DNA of 63,528 nucleotides from Glycera tridactyla. Its lineage: Eukaryota. Below, in pieces: positions 25,698-39,484 of this stretch. The notes beneath the pieces are model-generated. The model searched no databases, was not told the DNA's origin, and saw nothing but the letters and a program-made list of their open reading frames with translations. The DNA is taken from the NCBI GenBank assembly GCA_965644265.1, contig OZ286477.1, forward strand, positions 7,378,001 through 7,441,528. Reading direction: 5' to 3'. How positions within the stretch are numbered: the stretch's first letter is position 1; each line of letters begins with the position of its first letter. Made by a program: the position numbers and the translations under genes.

Positions 25698-25846
25698 AGA
25701 ATGCGCCGAGTGCCGTGTCCGTGGAGACCGTAAACGCCGAGTAGCGATCCCCGGGGACGCGCGAGTGGCCAGAGGCCACAAGTGCGTCCCCGGAGATCGA
25801 TACGAGGCGTTCATGGACTCCACGGACACGGCACGAGGAGCATTCT
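25698..25846. repeat. 149-bp GC-rich imperfect palindrome
   Basis: GTGCCGTGTCCGTGGAG / CTCCACGGACACGGCAC (17-bp perfect), CCGGGGACGC / GCGTCCCCGG (10-bp perfect), apical GTGGCC-AGA-GGCCAC. Confidence 0.85.
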
Positions 25847-25850
25847 GGAC

Positions 25851-26149
25851 TTATCATCCGATAAATAGATAGAATAATGAATCAGCTTCAATTTGGTGTT
25901 TAGATTGTGAAAATCGGACCACTGGTTGCTGAGATATGGTGATTCTTGTAGAGGTATCCTTCCTAACATCTGCCTTGACGCGATACTGATCGAACAAGCG
26001 ACACGGCCAGTTGACCCTTGACCTCGATTGTTTCGCAGTTGGAGTAAGCGTAAACAACACGTGATTTACGCTATCGAATTAAAGCACGGCAGCGAGGCGG
26101 GAGGGTAGACGGCGTGAAAATACCCACTAGACTCTATATCGGATGATAA
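25851..26149. mobile_element. ~300-bp MITE-like element
   Basis: Perfect 13-bp inverted ends TTATCATCCGATA / TATCGGATGATAA; no clear TSD. Confidence 0.5.
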
Positions 26150-27280
26150 TCGGAGTCACTGCCATCTCTGGTACCTCTAGTATTATGAATTATACGATCT
26201 ATTTGTACCATTTCCCCCCCAAATTTAGCATTTCCAAGGCCAATAGGCCTACAAGCGAACATAACAACAATAAGAATTTAAATTAGAGGATGGAACCTCC
26301 CCGACCTCATGAGCCACCAGATGGCCCAGTGTCCCCAGATGACTACGGAAGTCGCTATCTACGCCCTGTTTACCTTTGAATTTTTCAATTTTGCTTACGG
26401 CTATTTAGTTGGAAAATACCCGGGCTCTCACCAAATTATTATTTTTGCGGCCTACAACTCACAATCTTGTCGCATGTGCAGAATATCATTTGTGGACCTT
26501 GATTTGTGAATATCCATGCGTTTGATATGTATCATTGCGTTTGGAGTAGTTTGCAAACGATATTGTTGTTAGCGTGTCGGGGCGCGTTAAATAAGGGAGA
26601 GAACACAGTGCGTTAGCCTCACCGCATCTGGTGGTAGCTGCCGGGGCAGGAGGAGTTCTTCAAATTGAAACTACATAACTGATCATGGTCTGGTCGTTCC
26701 TTGTAGCGACCGTGTTATCTGCACGAACGTATGCGTCATCAAATTGAGACGTTGATACCTTACCTGTCTCTCCCTCAAATTCTGCACCCCCAGTGCTTGA
26801 TAACCCATAATCGAACTTTCACAACAAAAAAATAGAAATTCTATCTAGAGTTCTGAACCATCCATCGCCACGACACCGCCATCTCGCGTTTATACCACGA
26901 ATCAGGCAAATCGCGCGCATGCAATTCATCTGCAGGCTGATCAGTTGAGCTAACGGAGAAAACGTTCGCCAAATCTTCTACCAAATATTCTCTATCATAA
27001 GTATGTCAAAAAAGAGTGGGGACCCTATTCCCGTTACGTAACGTTAGCGGTTGTTAGCTGCAACTGAACAGCCTGCTGGTTCGTGGTATTAACGCAAGAT
27101 GTATTTTCTCTTTTCGGCCATTTGCAAATGGCCGTTTGAGAATACCCCATCGAATTTCTTCGAAATTTGAATGCTTTATACAAGCCAACAATCGTTATTC
27201 TAGTCGTGTATCACTTGCGGAATTTATCGGGATTGTATTGATATAGGTGGGAATTCGTTCAGTTTGTTAGAATTGCGTGT

Positions 27281-30200
27281 GTGGCGTTGTTCGTTTACGG
27301 TGTTTGTCGCTGGTTGACAGCTGAAGCTTTGCGCATTGGAGCAGAGCTCCCCGCATCTGTAGTGTCACCGGGCACCGGGCATAGTGGCACAGGTGGAGCA
27401 GTAGGCCTCATAAGTCTCGCAGATATGCGAAACAATCATCACCACCAGTTTCCATTTCATCTTCCGTGAGAGCTCCTCTCATAAGGTGACTACGAGTAGG
27501 TCCCTAAAACCTATGGTAGCCAAGAAGAAGTCTTTTTCTCACTTAGATTTGCCAGGGGCTCCATCTAGGAAGAGTTCTAGACAGTCAGTGAAATCACTCC
27601 CTGTTGATTCAGACCTAAACATATTGTTCAGACCACCCTTAGTTCCTGTGGATATCAAGAAGCAGGCAAAGATCAAGGGGCACTATTCCACTGAGAGACA
27701 CAGTTGTAGTCCTCACGGACAGTGCTAGTACAACTCAAAAAAACTAAGAAACCAGTTCCCTCGGCTAGTACAGAGCAGAGTGTGGTTTCTGGAAGGATGG
27801 AACGAGTGCCTAGGTCAAGTTTGAAGGCCTGTGTTCTCGCTCCAACCAAGTCTGGCAGGAAGGGGTCTGAATTCCATTCAGATAGCTCTAAGGTTGATCT
27901 GACTGGGCATCATGCACCGGGCATCAGGCAGACAACTGGAGCAGACTCTGTGCAATCTGAAGATGCCTCGAGAAGCCATCAGTCTCCAGGCACTGGGCAC
28001 CTGGCGCTTGGCACAGGTCACACTCCCAGAGCTAGGTCCCTAGATTCCAATGACTCTATGGGCCATCATGCACCCGGTATCGGGCACCGGGCGATGGTCA
28101 CAAAGCTAGGTCTGCCCATTCTGAGGAGATCTCTAGGGGCCACGATGTAGCGGGCGCCGGGCACCGGGCACCAGGCATAGGTCAGTCTGTGCATTCTGAT
28201 GTCACACTCAGGAGTCATCGGGCACCAGACTCAGATCAGGTGGATACAAATGAGTCACAACCAGAAGTCACACATAGAGACCAGGACCAGTTGGGTGAAG
28301 TAGATAGGGTTGGGGATCACCATTCATCATCTCATTGCTCAACTTTCAATTTGGTCAGGGTGAAAGCAGTGGTGCACAATACTGATTCTTCTGAACTCAG
28401 TGTAGCAGTTATCCAGGAGAGAATGCAGAAGCAGGGACTGGATATAGCTACACAGCATAGAGCTACTTCCTCTGTATGGTCGAGATTAGAGCCACAGGTT
28501 GACTCCAAAGCGGAGGAAAAGTTTAGCGAGGAGGAACAGATTTTGCCTGTGGAAATATTTGGTCCAGAGGCTGAAGAGGATCCAGCAGCTAGACTAGTAC
28601 AGCTACTCTTTAAGAGACAGGCTCCCGTCAAAGTGACAGTAGGTCAGTCAGGTGGTAGACTGGTTGAAGACATGAGGAAGAAAGGTATTCCAGCTGCACT
28701 TGGGAAACCCCCTCAGGATATTATGGAAACATCTCCTTGAAGTGTCCTACTCATAGATCACACACTGCTAGAAGTTGTCCTTCTCCTAGTAAGAAGTCAC
28801 CAGCTAGGAAAGGGTCTTCAAAGAGAGATTCTCCACATAAGAGTTCATATCTTCGTAAGGTAGCTAGTTCTCCTTACATGCCATCACACTCTTCTCATAA
28901 GAGGTCATATCCTTCTCAAAAGGTTGCTAGATCTCCTCACAAGTCATCACACTCCTCTCATAAGAGTTCATATTCTTCTCATAAGGTAGCTAGTTCTCCT
29001 CACAGGTCTTCGCATAAGAGTTCATATTCTGCTCATGAGGTAGCTAGTTCTCCTCCGGAGCAATCTCGACCCAGTTCATCTATATCTCATTCAAGGTAAA
29101 GTGCTCTTCAGATGATAACATCATCCACCTCAAAGGTTCAGTCGAACTCATTGTCCTCTAAGAGTGCTCAATCATTAGTCACAGAGGTGCGAACTCAGGT
29201 AGTGGGGCCACAGGCTCAGTCTCCACCAGGGCCAGTTTACAGAAAGAGGAAGGCTTCACAGACCTTAGGAAGTGATGCCCAGTCTGACACATCTTCTCTC
29301 AAGAAGATTAAGAGAGCTACGGAATGGTGGGATAAAATGAGGAGGTTTGGAAGTATGGACCCACAGCAGACTACCAGATAGCTTGCAAATACAGCCTGTG
29401 TTAGATGTCAACGCAGATGATGATATTTCGGTTGAGAGAAGATCTACTCAACCATTGATTTATAGCTTGAGACAGGAGATAGTTGATTCACGGGAGGAGG
29501 TGAGAAACAAGGATCAGAAGTCCTGAAGGGCTGATCCAGTAGAGGATGAGGCCGAGAGACCAGCACATGTCGCAAGGAAATGATGCAAACTTCTAGGCGT
29601 TTCGCATCTGAGATGTTGCCACAATTTACAAAACAGCCAGAAGCTGGAATGGTAGATTTCGCAGGCATGACAAAAGATACTCTCGACAAAGAGAATGTCA
29701 CAAAAGTGGTCAAGAGAATGGTTGATACAACCTTGTCATTGTCTCCATTAATCCCAAACACTCTGAGCTTCTTAGACAGATATCTTCAGGGGAGAGTCAG
29801 TAAACAACCATCAGTAGACATTGATGCTTCATTAGAGGAGTTTGTAGGCAGCAAAGACGAGAATGCAGAAGCTTTGAAGAGGGTATTTATACCCAATTTC
29901 CCGGTAGTTTATGGTTGCAACAATCGGGTGTACAGGGTCAGACCCCCTGCTGGTAAACTAGATGGTCATTTAGTTACTCCTCCGGAGATCGATGTTGATT
30001 AGGCTATTTGGGGCAAGGCCTCAAAACATAATTGAAACCTTCCCCAGAGAAGGGCATGCTGAAGGATACATTGAAGATCCTTTTGTATGTGGATGTGGCC
30101 TTGGCAGCAGGAATTCAGGCAACACATCTGTATGTTGAAGACACTCCCGAGATTGTGGAGAAAGCTGAATTAGCTATGTCTATAGGGTCAAAGGCTGTCG

Positions 30201-30418
30201 AGCATGCTACTCTCTCAATTACTAAGATTGTGGCCAATATGGAGTTGAGCAGGAGGTCCTTAGCCCTGAAATCACTGAATGTAGATGATCAGGCAAAGGC
30301 AGAGCTTAGGTCACTACCGTTTAGCCGACGCTTTCTTTTCAGTGGTAGGCTTGCTGAAGCTTCGGACGAGTCCATGGCCAGATCGGAAAAAAGGAGAAAT
30401 ATGGACTATGATTTCTGA
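27281..30418 (+). mobile_element. Decayed DIRS-type (tyrosine-recombinase retrotransposon) gag ORF, 3'-truncated
   Basis: Stop-interrupted ORFs with GHRAPG and Ser/His/Lys repeats. The C-terminal segment (30032-30418) LKILLYVDVALAAG..SKAVEHATLSITKIVANMELSRRSLALKSL..LRSLPFSRRFLFSGRL is homologous to the gag upstream of the DIRS RT on the - strand. Confidence 0.65.
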
Positions 30419-30419
30419 A

Positions 30420-33400
30420 AAGGCTTCACAGCTTCCAAACCTTCTGGGGGAATGATTACTAACATTTCTATGTGATCCATGAAGGTACGCCATTGGGACA
30501 GGAGAGCCATATGTATTGGTCTCATATGGAGACGACCCAATTTGATGAACTCCACCATGCTTGACATGTGTCCTAGCTGTGTTAGAACCGATCTTGAAGG
30601 CTGACAAGGACGGCGTAAGAACGACTTCAGACAAAGAATCAATTTGTGAACTCCCCTCAACGATGGTCTGACGATTCGCAGATGGATGTCGAACTTGATG
30701 CCGAGATAGACAAAAGTCTAACTCGGAACTAAATCCGACTTCTCGAGGTTGACTACCCATCCAAGTCTGGCAGCCAGGTCCAGGACGTACCGCAAATGAA
30801 TGCTTAACATACCTGGATCCTGATGACGGATCAACCAATCGCCAAGGTAGAAATGTACTTTGACTCCCAGCTGATGCAAGTGGTGCGCCACCTCCATGAG
30901 TACCATAGTGAAGATTCTTGGGGATGTTGAGAGACCAAAATGGAGAGCCCAAAACTGGTGGGCCTCCGTCTCCGACAGAGCAAATCTTAGATACGTCTGA
31001 TATTGTGGATGTCCTGGTACATAGAAACATGCATCTTTGAGATCGATTAAGACGGTCCAGTCGTTGATTGCAACTGTTCTCACGACTGATCGAACAGTCT
31101 CCATCTAGAACTTCTGATTCCAGATTTATTGATTTAGTGGTTCGAGATTTATGACAGGCCAAAACCCGCCTGTAGCTTTGGAAACTTAGAATAGGTTGCA
31201 GTAAAATCCTGGACTGCTTGTTTGTGTTATTTGGATGACCGCCTTTTCTCTTTCATTGCTTCTATTTCGAGAAATAGAGTTGATTTTCTTTCTGCCCCTT
31301 TTGGGTTAGAAAAAGGAATGAAAACGTTCCAAAGTGATGGAGGTTCTTGAAAGCTTATGGTGAACCCCTCTCTGACTATGTTTAGGACGAACCTGTTTTC
31401 TGTTATCTCTTGCCAATGATCTGCATATTCCAACAATCGAGCCCCCACAATTCAATGAGGTGGAGAGTTGACGCCGAACTCCCTAGGGCTGCTTCTTGCC
31501 TCTTCTGCGTGGTTTCGAGGAAGTAACCTTGAGATCTGTCTTGTTTTCTCGCGGCTGAGACTGAGTAGTGTTATTGAAAGATCTTCTGCCAAGAGAACCC
31601 CTGCCTGCACCCCTACCTCTGCCTTGGCCTCGACCACATTGGCTTCCTGATGACTGCTACTGCCAAGTTTTCTGCTTCTCTCTCTTCCCTGAAGAGGCAT
31701 TCGAGAAACTAGACTGCCCCTCGAAGTCGAAGGCCAGCTCTCGGCTTCTCCTGCCAACTTCAAAAGCCTCCTTCGAGGCATCCTTGAGCTTGCCTCTGAA
31801 GAGCTGTCTCTGAGAATTGCTTTTACTTCATAAAAACCTAACGACTCAATGGCAAAAGTACGTCTAGCTACTTCCATGTTGCCCACTACTTCGAGAAGTA
31901 ATAAGGCAATATGATCCACTGCTCTGAGTCCAACCCAGGTAGCCTCTTTAGCTTTAAGACGTACATCAGGAATGTCATTGTCTGACAGATCTGCTGCACT
32001 CGAGCCAGTAGCCAATGCAATATCTGCATAGCTAATGACCTTGAGTGCCTCCCTTAAAGTGATCTCATCATCGGACAGTTCAGCCTCACTCTTCGGAACT
32101 GACCCATGATTCGAATAGTCCGAGTCCAGTACAGGTGCCTGCACAAAATACAATCGATATTCATCCCCACCTTTGCAAATCTTGTAGGCCTTGGGATTAC
32201 ACCCAAACACCTCGAGAACATCGACTTTGAAATACCTGGAGTCCACTTCTACCAATCCACCCTTTCCTACCACAAAAGACTCTATAGGAGTCTCATTACT
32301 CTGAAGTTCCTCCTCCTTCTCCTTTGACTGTGGACACTTGTTGAGTATCTCTTGTGTGCCCACTAATATCGGACACAATGGAAGAGCAGTTTCAGATGCA
32401 AAAGAGACTTCTTTCGCTCGATGTTCGTCTATAAATGAACAGTCAAAGTTAGTGACCCCAACACTAGTAGAACATATATCTGCTTGATCTTGTTTAGGAA
32501 TATGATTCGGGAGTATCTTCATCCCGAATTTCCCAAAATTTCGCAATCTTCTCCTAACGGCCAGCTTTATGGTGGCGTCATCTGACTCCTCCCCAGAGTC
32601 AGGAGCATCCTCTCTATCAGCTGTTTCTCTCCTCTCTTACATCTCTTCTATAGATAACAGCCTATCTGTAATCGAATGAAACCACACCTTCTGAGATAAT
32701 TCCTCCATAGATCGAGCTGCTAGACTTACTGGACCATCTTTATGAGTTCTCATCCTGGCAGTACGGCCTGGAGTACTGGCAGTACGAGGAGCTAATCTAG
32801 TCATCTTTCTCACTGGGGATTTCACCCTAGAATGTCTATGTCAAAAAAGAGACTTACCCGAAGTTCTAACCGGACTAGAAGCTCTACTGAATGAAGTCTG
32901 TCTCTCCTCTTCCTCCTCACTCTCACTAACTTCTTCCGCAAAATCTGCTCCAAGTTTTCTAGTGGAGTAGAGTCTCTTACCGACGCTGGGGACTTCTGAA
33001 CTGAATTGTTGAATACAATCTTTTGTTCAATGGACGATTCTGTTCCATGGTAAATCGATTGATCTACATTAAAAGGAAGTACACTGTCCTCCTTATCAGA
33101 CTCTATCAACACAGTCCGATCTATCTGAGATGTAGACGGAACTTTCAGAGTACTAGGAGTCGTAGGACTGAGTGAAGGAACAAGTGGAGGGACTACACCA
33201 TCAATTCTCTATAGTAATATCAATAATTGGTTTGAGAGCATCTGACTTCTTTTGCTGTGATCTGGTCAGTTGTACCGGGGTCGCAGATTTCTAAGATACT
33301 ACTGTCTCCCTCTTGCGGGGTCTATCTGCAGACATGGGACCTGAATCTGAACTTACCTAGGTTCTGGGCTTCGAGTAGGGGCCGATTTCCCTGCCGAAAC

Positions 33401-33660
33401 AGAAGGCTCTTAGATCTTTCTCTCCAAGATTTTGAACCTGGTCTAACCTGATCTGTTCTCTTTTTGGATGTGAAAGTACAACGGCCAAAATGACGTGCCC
33501 CTTTCTCAGGAGACAAATTCTTGCAAAAGTCACAAGTCCTCTCAAGCTTGGTAATCAGGTCTGGACCTCTATCACACATTCTACATGACAGACATGTTGG
33601 ATGATTGTCCCAGTGTGCCATAAAATGGCCACAAGAGTCATGTTTCTGTGGGGTACCCAT
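30420..33660 (-). mobile_element. Decayed DIRS-type retrotransposon: gag + RT, truncated before RNase H/YR
   Basis: N-terminal Cys/His knuckle SCGHFMAHWDNHPTCLSC..CDFC (33322-33660); gag body 31452-32546; RT start MGARLLEYADHWQEIT..VLNIVREGF; RT core IDLKDACFYVP..LRF..FGLSTSPRIFT..YLGDWLI..NLEKSDLVPS*; connection LGHMSSMVEFIKLGRLHMRPI. The catalytic YLDD is mutated to YLGD, with stops and frameshifts. Confidence 0.88.
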
Positions 33661-34658
33661 AGCTAATGCAACCTAGGTAATAGTGTAAGGAATATGTTAA
33701 TCAATCAACGGAAGACCGTCTCCTCTTTCTCAATTGTAGGAGCGCGTGAATGTGACAACTAACAACCGACCTGTGACAGTAGGCAATGAGCATATGTAAT
33801 TCACAGGTCGCTCAGACCATTTCAGAACATACTGCGGCTGAATCACAGATCCCGAGAGTCATTTCACCACACTGCATACAGAACAACCGATAGTGTGCTA
33901 AGGCAATGCATGCCTGGCACTAATATTATCCACTCCGCTAACGGCGCCACATCACACGGCCTCCTCGCTAGCTGACTCCACTAGTCTTACCGTCAAAGAT
34001 AAAAATTTCTTCCAGAACCTGCCAGGTGTAACAAAAATATCGCACACTATATTCCAGACACAGAATAGTAATTCTGCAACTAATTGGCGTCAAGATGTAG
34101 AAGCAGGCGCTCCGATAAGAGCTTGAAAATTCAAATTCTTATCGCAGCCTGGGTATTCAACAACTTTCCTTGACAATGTCATCCGATCTCATCATCATCA
34201 AACTCACTCTCTTTCTTTGAAATTCTGAGTATATGTCACACGCTTCACTGCCTTGAATCTCATGAAAGCTATGTGTATGATCTCTGGTAACAGACCCAAA
34301 GGAAAATGTCAACCTCCTTAGATTATGCAAATGTCACCAGGCTGATAATAAGCTTTCATTTTGAGCGTAGACAGTGCAAAGAGAACAGAGAGGATACAAC
34401 AGGTCCTGTTTATAATGACACCACTATGTTAGTTTCACCCTCTCACAGAAATGACATTCCATTAGATGCATTTCACATCATATTGCCATTGCATTCAGAA
34501 GGAAATGTTCATTAACATATTGACAAGTTTCATGATCTTGTATCACAAATTGATCAGTTTTTCCATGAAACAGAGGGACCTATCAAACACTGTGTATACC
34601 ACCTTTTAATCGTTATTATATGTTGTAGGTTCAACTAATAATGATATACCTGTTTCAG

Positions 34659-34873
34659 CAGACGATTTACGCATTTGGACCAATGGCCATCAAGTCAATG
34701 GGGACATCACTTGGCAAGAGAGTGAGCTAATAACTATCTCTAACTTCTGGGCATCTTCAGAGCCATCATCGAGCAGTGGTTGCATACAAATGAGAGGTGA
34801 AAATTCATCCTATTTTTTCGATGATACTCTTTGTCAAAAAGAAAAGTATCCTATCTGTGAATTCGAATATTAG
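34659..34873 (+). CDS. Lectin copy B, exon 3 (C-terminal CTLD, stop)
   Basis: tttcAG acceptor, phase 1; DDLRIWTNGHQVNGDITWQESELITISNFWASSEPSSSSGCIQMRGENSSYFFDDTLCQKEKYPICEFEY*. W-x-(N/G)G, FW...EP, C-(I/V), C...ICE motifs. Spliced CDS 331+168+215=714 nt, 237 aa. Confidence 0.9.
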
Positions 34874-36466
34874 GAAACGTTCAGATATCAAAGTGACATT
34901 CAGCAATGGTAATTGCAATTCATGATGCATGACCATATATTTCAGGACGATTACTCATTGAAGGATGGAGTGAAGGCAGTACTTTTATGGAACTGAAACC
35001 CGGGCGTAACTGAAACGATGGCATCTCATATGGTGATCAGCCATCACGCAGACGATTTGTGACTTATAGCAATGGAAAAATACAATGATGTCTTTGTGGA
35101 TCTATGAATGATGTGATTTAACCATAGGTTTGTTCATTTGTTTGAGAATCGTATAGTTTGGTATGGTATGGTATGGAACGGTGGGGTATGATATGGTATG
35201 GAATTGTGCAGTATGGAATGGAGCAGTTTATAAGGAAAGTCTTCTATACAAGGTTGAAGAACACGAGAGCATACATGTTGTATGCAAAAAGATATTATGA
35301 AATTTAATTGACACCTGGTGCTAATTTTCGAAAATATGGTCACGTGAACTCATACAGTACCGGCAAATAGAATCTCACAATGGAACAGATGAACTCAACA
35401 TATTCACACAGAACGAGAATGTCAAAATTAACACATATCTCACATCTGTGAAGAATTCTCTGAGAGCCAGACAGAGATGATAGCAGATAAGCAGTCAACA
35501 GGATGGACAAACGGACAGACAGACACATGATCCGACTAGAGAATGCGTATCAACAGATGATAGAAGAATCTTGAGGGTATGCTTATATCTGCGGTCGAGA
35601 TGCCATTCCATAGCAAACATACTGTAGTCCTAACACAGCATCAAACATTGAGTAAACCTGAATGAACCTTGCGATGGTAATCATCAACCTTACTGAATAA
35701 AAGGTGACACCAGATCCTGGTATGGGTTTTTCCAGCAAAACGCTGCTCATAGAAACGATGAAATGTATGCGATTCTGAAAATACATGAATGAAGTTCTTT
35801 GTTATGAAATAGTATTTGTTGGAGTAGACTAAAGCTTATGAGATAGAATCATCATAATATGCAAACAGCCCAGAATTTTACTGAATACAGTGAATAACAG
35901 CATTTTATTCCTGGAATTTCCACCAGGGTATTCCAATGTATAAACACGAGCAGGCTTACACAGAGAGCTGACTTCCACCTCCTGTTTATCACCACCAACG
36001 GAAGCTTGATAAATGTGGAACATAACTGGTTTTACAAGAATCAATATGATATATCCAACTTGTTTTCTCGATCATCATATGTGTCTGATAAAGTACAGCA
36101 ATTTCACAGCTGTATCAAACAAGATGATAGCTAAGAGCGTATCATCGGCAGATGGGTGGCCTAAGTACCAATATGTATCACAGGCAGATATGATATGGAT
36201 TCGGATTTCATCTTAGCTATCTGTGAATTCATGGCCACCGCAGGGGCGAGGCTGGAAACGACAACTAAGCCTGCCTCCCAAAAGCCAATGACGCTCTGTT
36301 TCGATCAATATGGTATCAGTATGTTAATCACATGTTTATTGTTGAAAATGGTCGTCTGATGCGATAGAAACAGGACAACATGCGTATGTGACACTCAACT
36401 GGTATCACATACGCAGTTCATTCTGTTCATGTATACCTCATATGCTTGAGCTACAATCAGTGAATG

Positions 36467-36781
36467 GCATTGCCTCATGGCGGGCTCTGGATACAGCATA
36501 TAATATTTCCTCAAAGCGGGCTCTGGATACAGTACAAAACATTGCCTCATAGCAGGCTCCGAATACAGCACACAACAATGCCTCATAGCAGGCTCCAAAT
36601 ATAGCACACAACATTGCCTCATAGGAGGCGCCAAATACAGCACATAACATTGCCTCATAGCAGGCTCCAAATACAGCACAAAACATCGCCTCATTGCGGG
36701 CTATGAATACAGCACATAACATTGCCTCATAGCGGGCTCCAAATGGAGCACATAACATTGCCTCATAGTGGGCTTCAAATA
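36467..36781. repeat. 36-bp satellite, left part (copy B)
   Basis: Same unit as 10263-11572, about 9 copies. Confidence 0.93.
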
Positions 36782-37590
36782 CAGTCGATCCGAGTCTAGC
36801 ATGCACCTCTACTCAGCATGACCCTCTCTTAAGTATGCACTCTCAATTCCCCCATTATATTTTCACTTAACCTGACATGTACTAGGCAGGAACTTGCCTT
36901 AGGTTGGCAGCATGCACTTTTTCAGCCTCCCTCCATGAGCACACCCCTCTTCTAAGCATGCACTCACATCTTATCCAGGGGTATGTTTGGCCAATGATTG
37001 CAATCTGTCAATGAATTATCACCACCCCATCACTATTTCCCTACCAAAAATTTAGACCAGAAGCCAGTCTTTCAGGTAATCTTCACCTTGATGCATGTCG
37101 TTTGAATTGGATACAAAATGACGAGTCCGAAGAAGAAATGCCTAACATTATCAGAGAGAGGGGAGGTGCTAAAAATTCATGAATTCTGGTATAAAAAATG
37201 GTATCATAGCTAAACAGCATGGTGTAGCGAAAACACAACTTTATTTACAGAAGAAGAGAAAGCATGAAGTGATTACAGAATAGGAACAATCAGCAAATCC
37301 TGACAGCAATCAGCAATGCAAATTTACTGGATTCGAGGATATCAATAGTCTCATATGGGCCTGGTTCCAAAATGCAACCATCTCATGGTTCTGTTTCAAC
37401 CATGTATCGATATGAATCAGTTAATCCGCTTTATTGCAGATACACAGATTTCATCTGCTCACATTTGTTCACCTTATATTCAGGCTTTTGAAAGGGTGGC
37501 CCTTTTGGTGCCTTCCACTAAGCATGCACCTCTTCTGAGCATGCAGTTTAGCCATTTCCCTCGACCGCATGTTCAGGACAGGTTCAACTG
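36782..37590 (+). mobile_element. pogo/Tigger remnant, paralog of 11573-12411
   Basis: Same TA-flanked site in the satellite, collinear sequence, ends CAGTCGATCC / GGTTCAACTG. Confidence 0.85.
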
Positions 37591-37738
37591 TACAGCACAT
37601 AACATTGCCTTATAGCGGGCTCCAAGTACAGCACATAACATTGCCTCATAGCGGGCTCCAAAATACAATACATAACATTGCCTCATAGCGGGCTCCAAAA
37701 TACAGCACATAACATTGCCTCATAGTGGGCTCCAAATA
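37591..37738. repeat. 36-bp satellite, right part (copy B)
   Basis: About 4 units. Confidence 0.9.
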
Positions 37739-39484
37739 GAACCAAAACTCCGCAGCCTGAAAAAAATGAGAAACACACGTTGAGATAACACAGAGAAGAG
37801 GAGGATATGTGAGCGAAAATTGATCTACACAGTCCATTCCGTTTTTTCCAGCCATACGGGCCAGAATTAAATGGGAAAATGGTCCATATTTTTTTTATGT
37901 TGTTTAATTTGTGGCATATCTAACTATGCAAGTAACCTGAGGCTAACAGTCAAGTCCCAGGATTGTTTCTACTTTTGATCCCTCACCTTCAAACTGGCTC
38001 TCCAATGATTTGTACCCTTTATTAGTGGTATAAAGCCATCTTAGACTCTTGTAAATCTATTATTGACATTAGTGAACTAGAGCACATGGTCCTCGGCCTG
38101 CGGTGTGTATAGTGAAACTACTGTCACAAAAAAACATCAGCTACCAACACGTATGATCAATTCACGGAAGATTCAAAAAAAGGTAATGCTGGTGTCACTT
38201 TGAGGGAAATGCTAAGAGAGATGATGTAGAAATTGAAAGGCATGTTTCACCTTATACATGTGATGTCATTTTACTGTGAGCATAACCCAATTCAGGCACA
38301 CCTTCACTCTTCAAACCTTCACACCTCAAAATCTGACAATCAGTCCTGGACACATTTTTTCTTGCTTCGAACAAAACTTAGCATCTGAAACGAATATTGC
38401 ATTTGGAGAGAACATACTGATGGGTTCTTTCATTGACTGTTAACTTCAAAACAAGTTTTACAATGATCGTACAATGATGGGTCATACATCCAGACTACTG
38501 GCGAATGTCGAGAAAAGGTGAATGTTACAGTATATGTCGAAACAACACCCTGAAAAGTATACTGGTCGAAAAAGACATTGATGTTTGAAATCACAACTCC
38601 TCATACCCAGAGATGAACATCTAGACAGTAGATCATAACACATCAGAAGAGTGGTTGGTTATGATAATTGTGGCACATGAAATCTTCATCGCTAGATCGG
38701 AAATCGAATCAAACCGCGAGTAGAGGGTCCTCCCATTTCCGGAAACCTGTGAGTTTGTATGAAGTTCAGAATTTACATAGTTTTTGCTGTCATCTTAGAG
38801 TGATATCGAACAACTTATCAATGACAGCCAATATGTCAACACCCATATGGAACAATCATCCAAGTCAATAACCCACGAGAAAACTCATCATCATGCATCA
38901 TGACTCCCACAATGAAGAGACATCCCATGACCCCCAGGAACATTAATGCCTGCCAACCTTCATAAGGCCTAGCACCATCCGTATACACTTCAAGATTGTC
39001 CACAGATTAGACAGCAGGTCAACATGAACCTCAACATGAGTCCCCAAATCGAGGTGGAATTATATGGAATTCATGGAAGAAAAAAAGGGAAGAAAGTGAT
39101 AAAGAAAGTTCGCCTGTTGCTCAAAGATATGTAACAACGCAACACGATTATGAACACGAGGCGTTATTGATTGATAGGAGCTTGCTTCTCTGTCCTCTGA
39201 CGGCATCACTCTCACAACCCAGAACAGAAGATAGAGGGGAACAAGAATTTTTGCCACAACTGCGTTTTCAAAGCAATGTAGAGTGTTTGGAACAAAAAAA
39301 CATTCAAGACCAGAAAGTGCTCAACCATGGTGTTCAGTTATGGAGTGTCAACTTTGATTCAGTTTCACCACAATTTAATTCTTGGCAGTAAAATGACATG
39401 TGCAGTGTCTCAGAATTAGATCAAAGATTACAAATCTTCGCATTTATACTGATGTAGTTGATAGATCAATTGTCTCTTTCCGGT

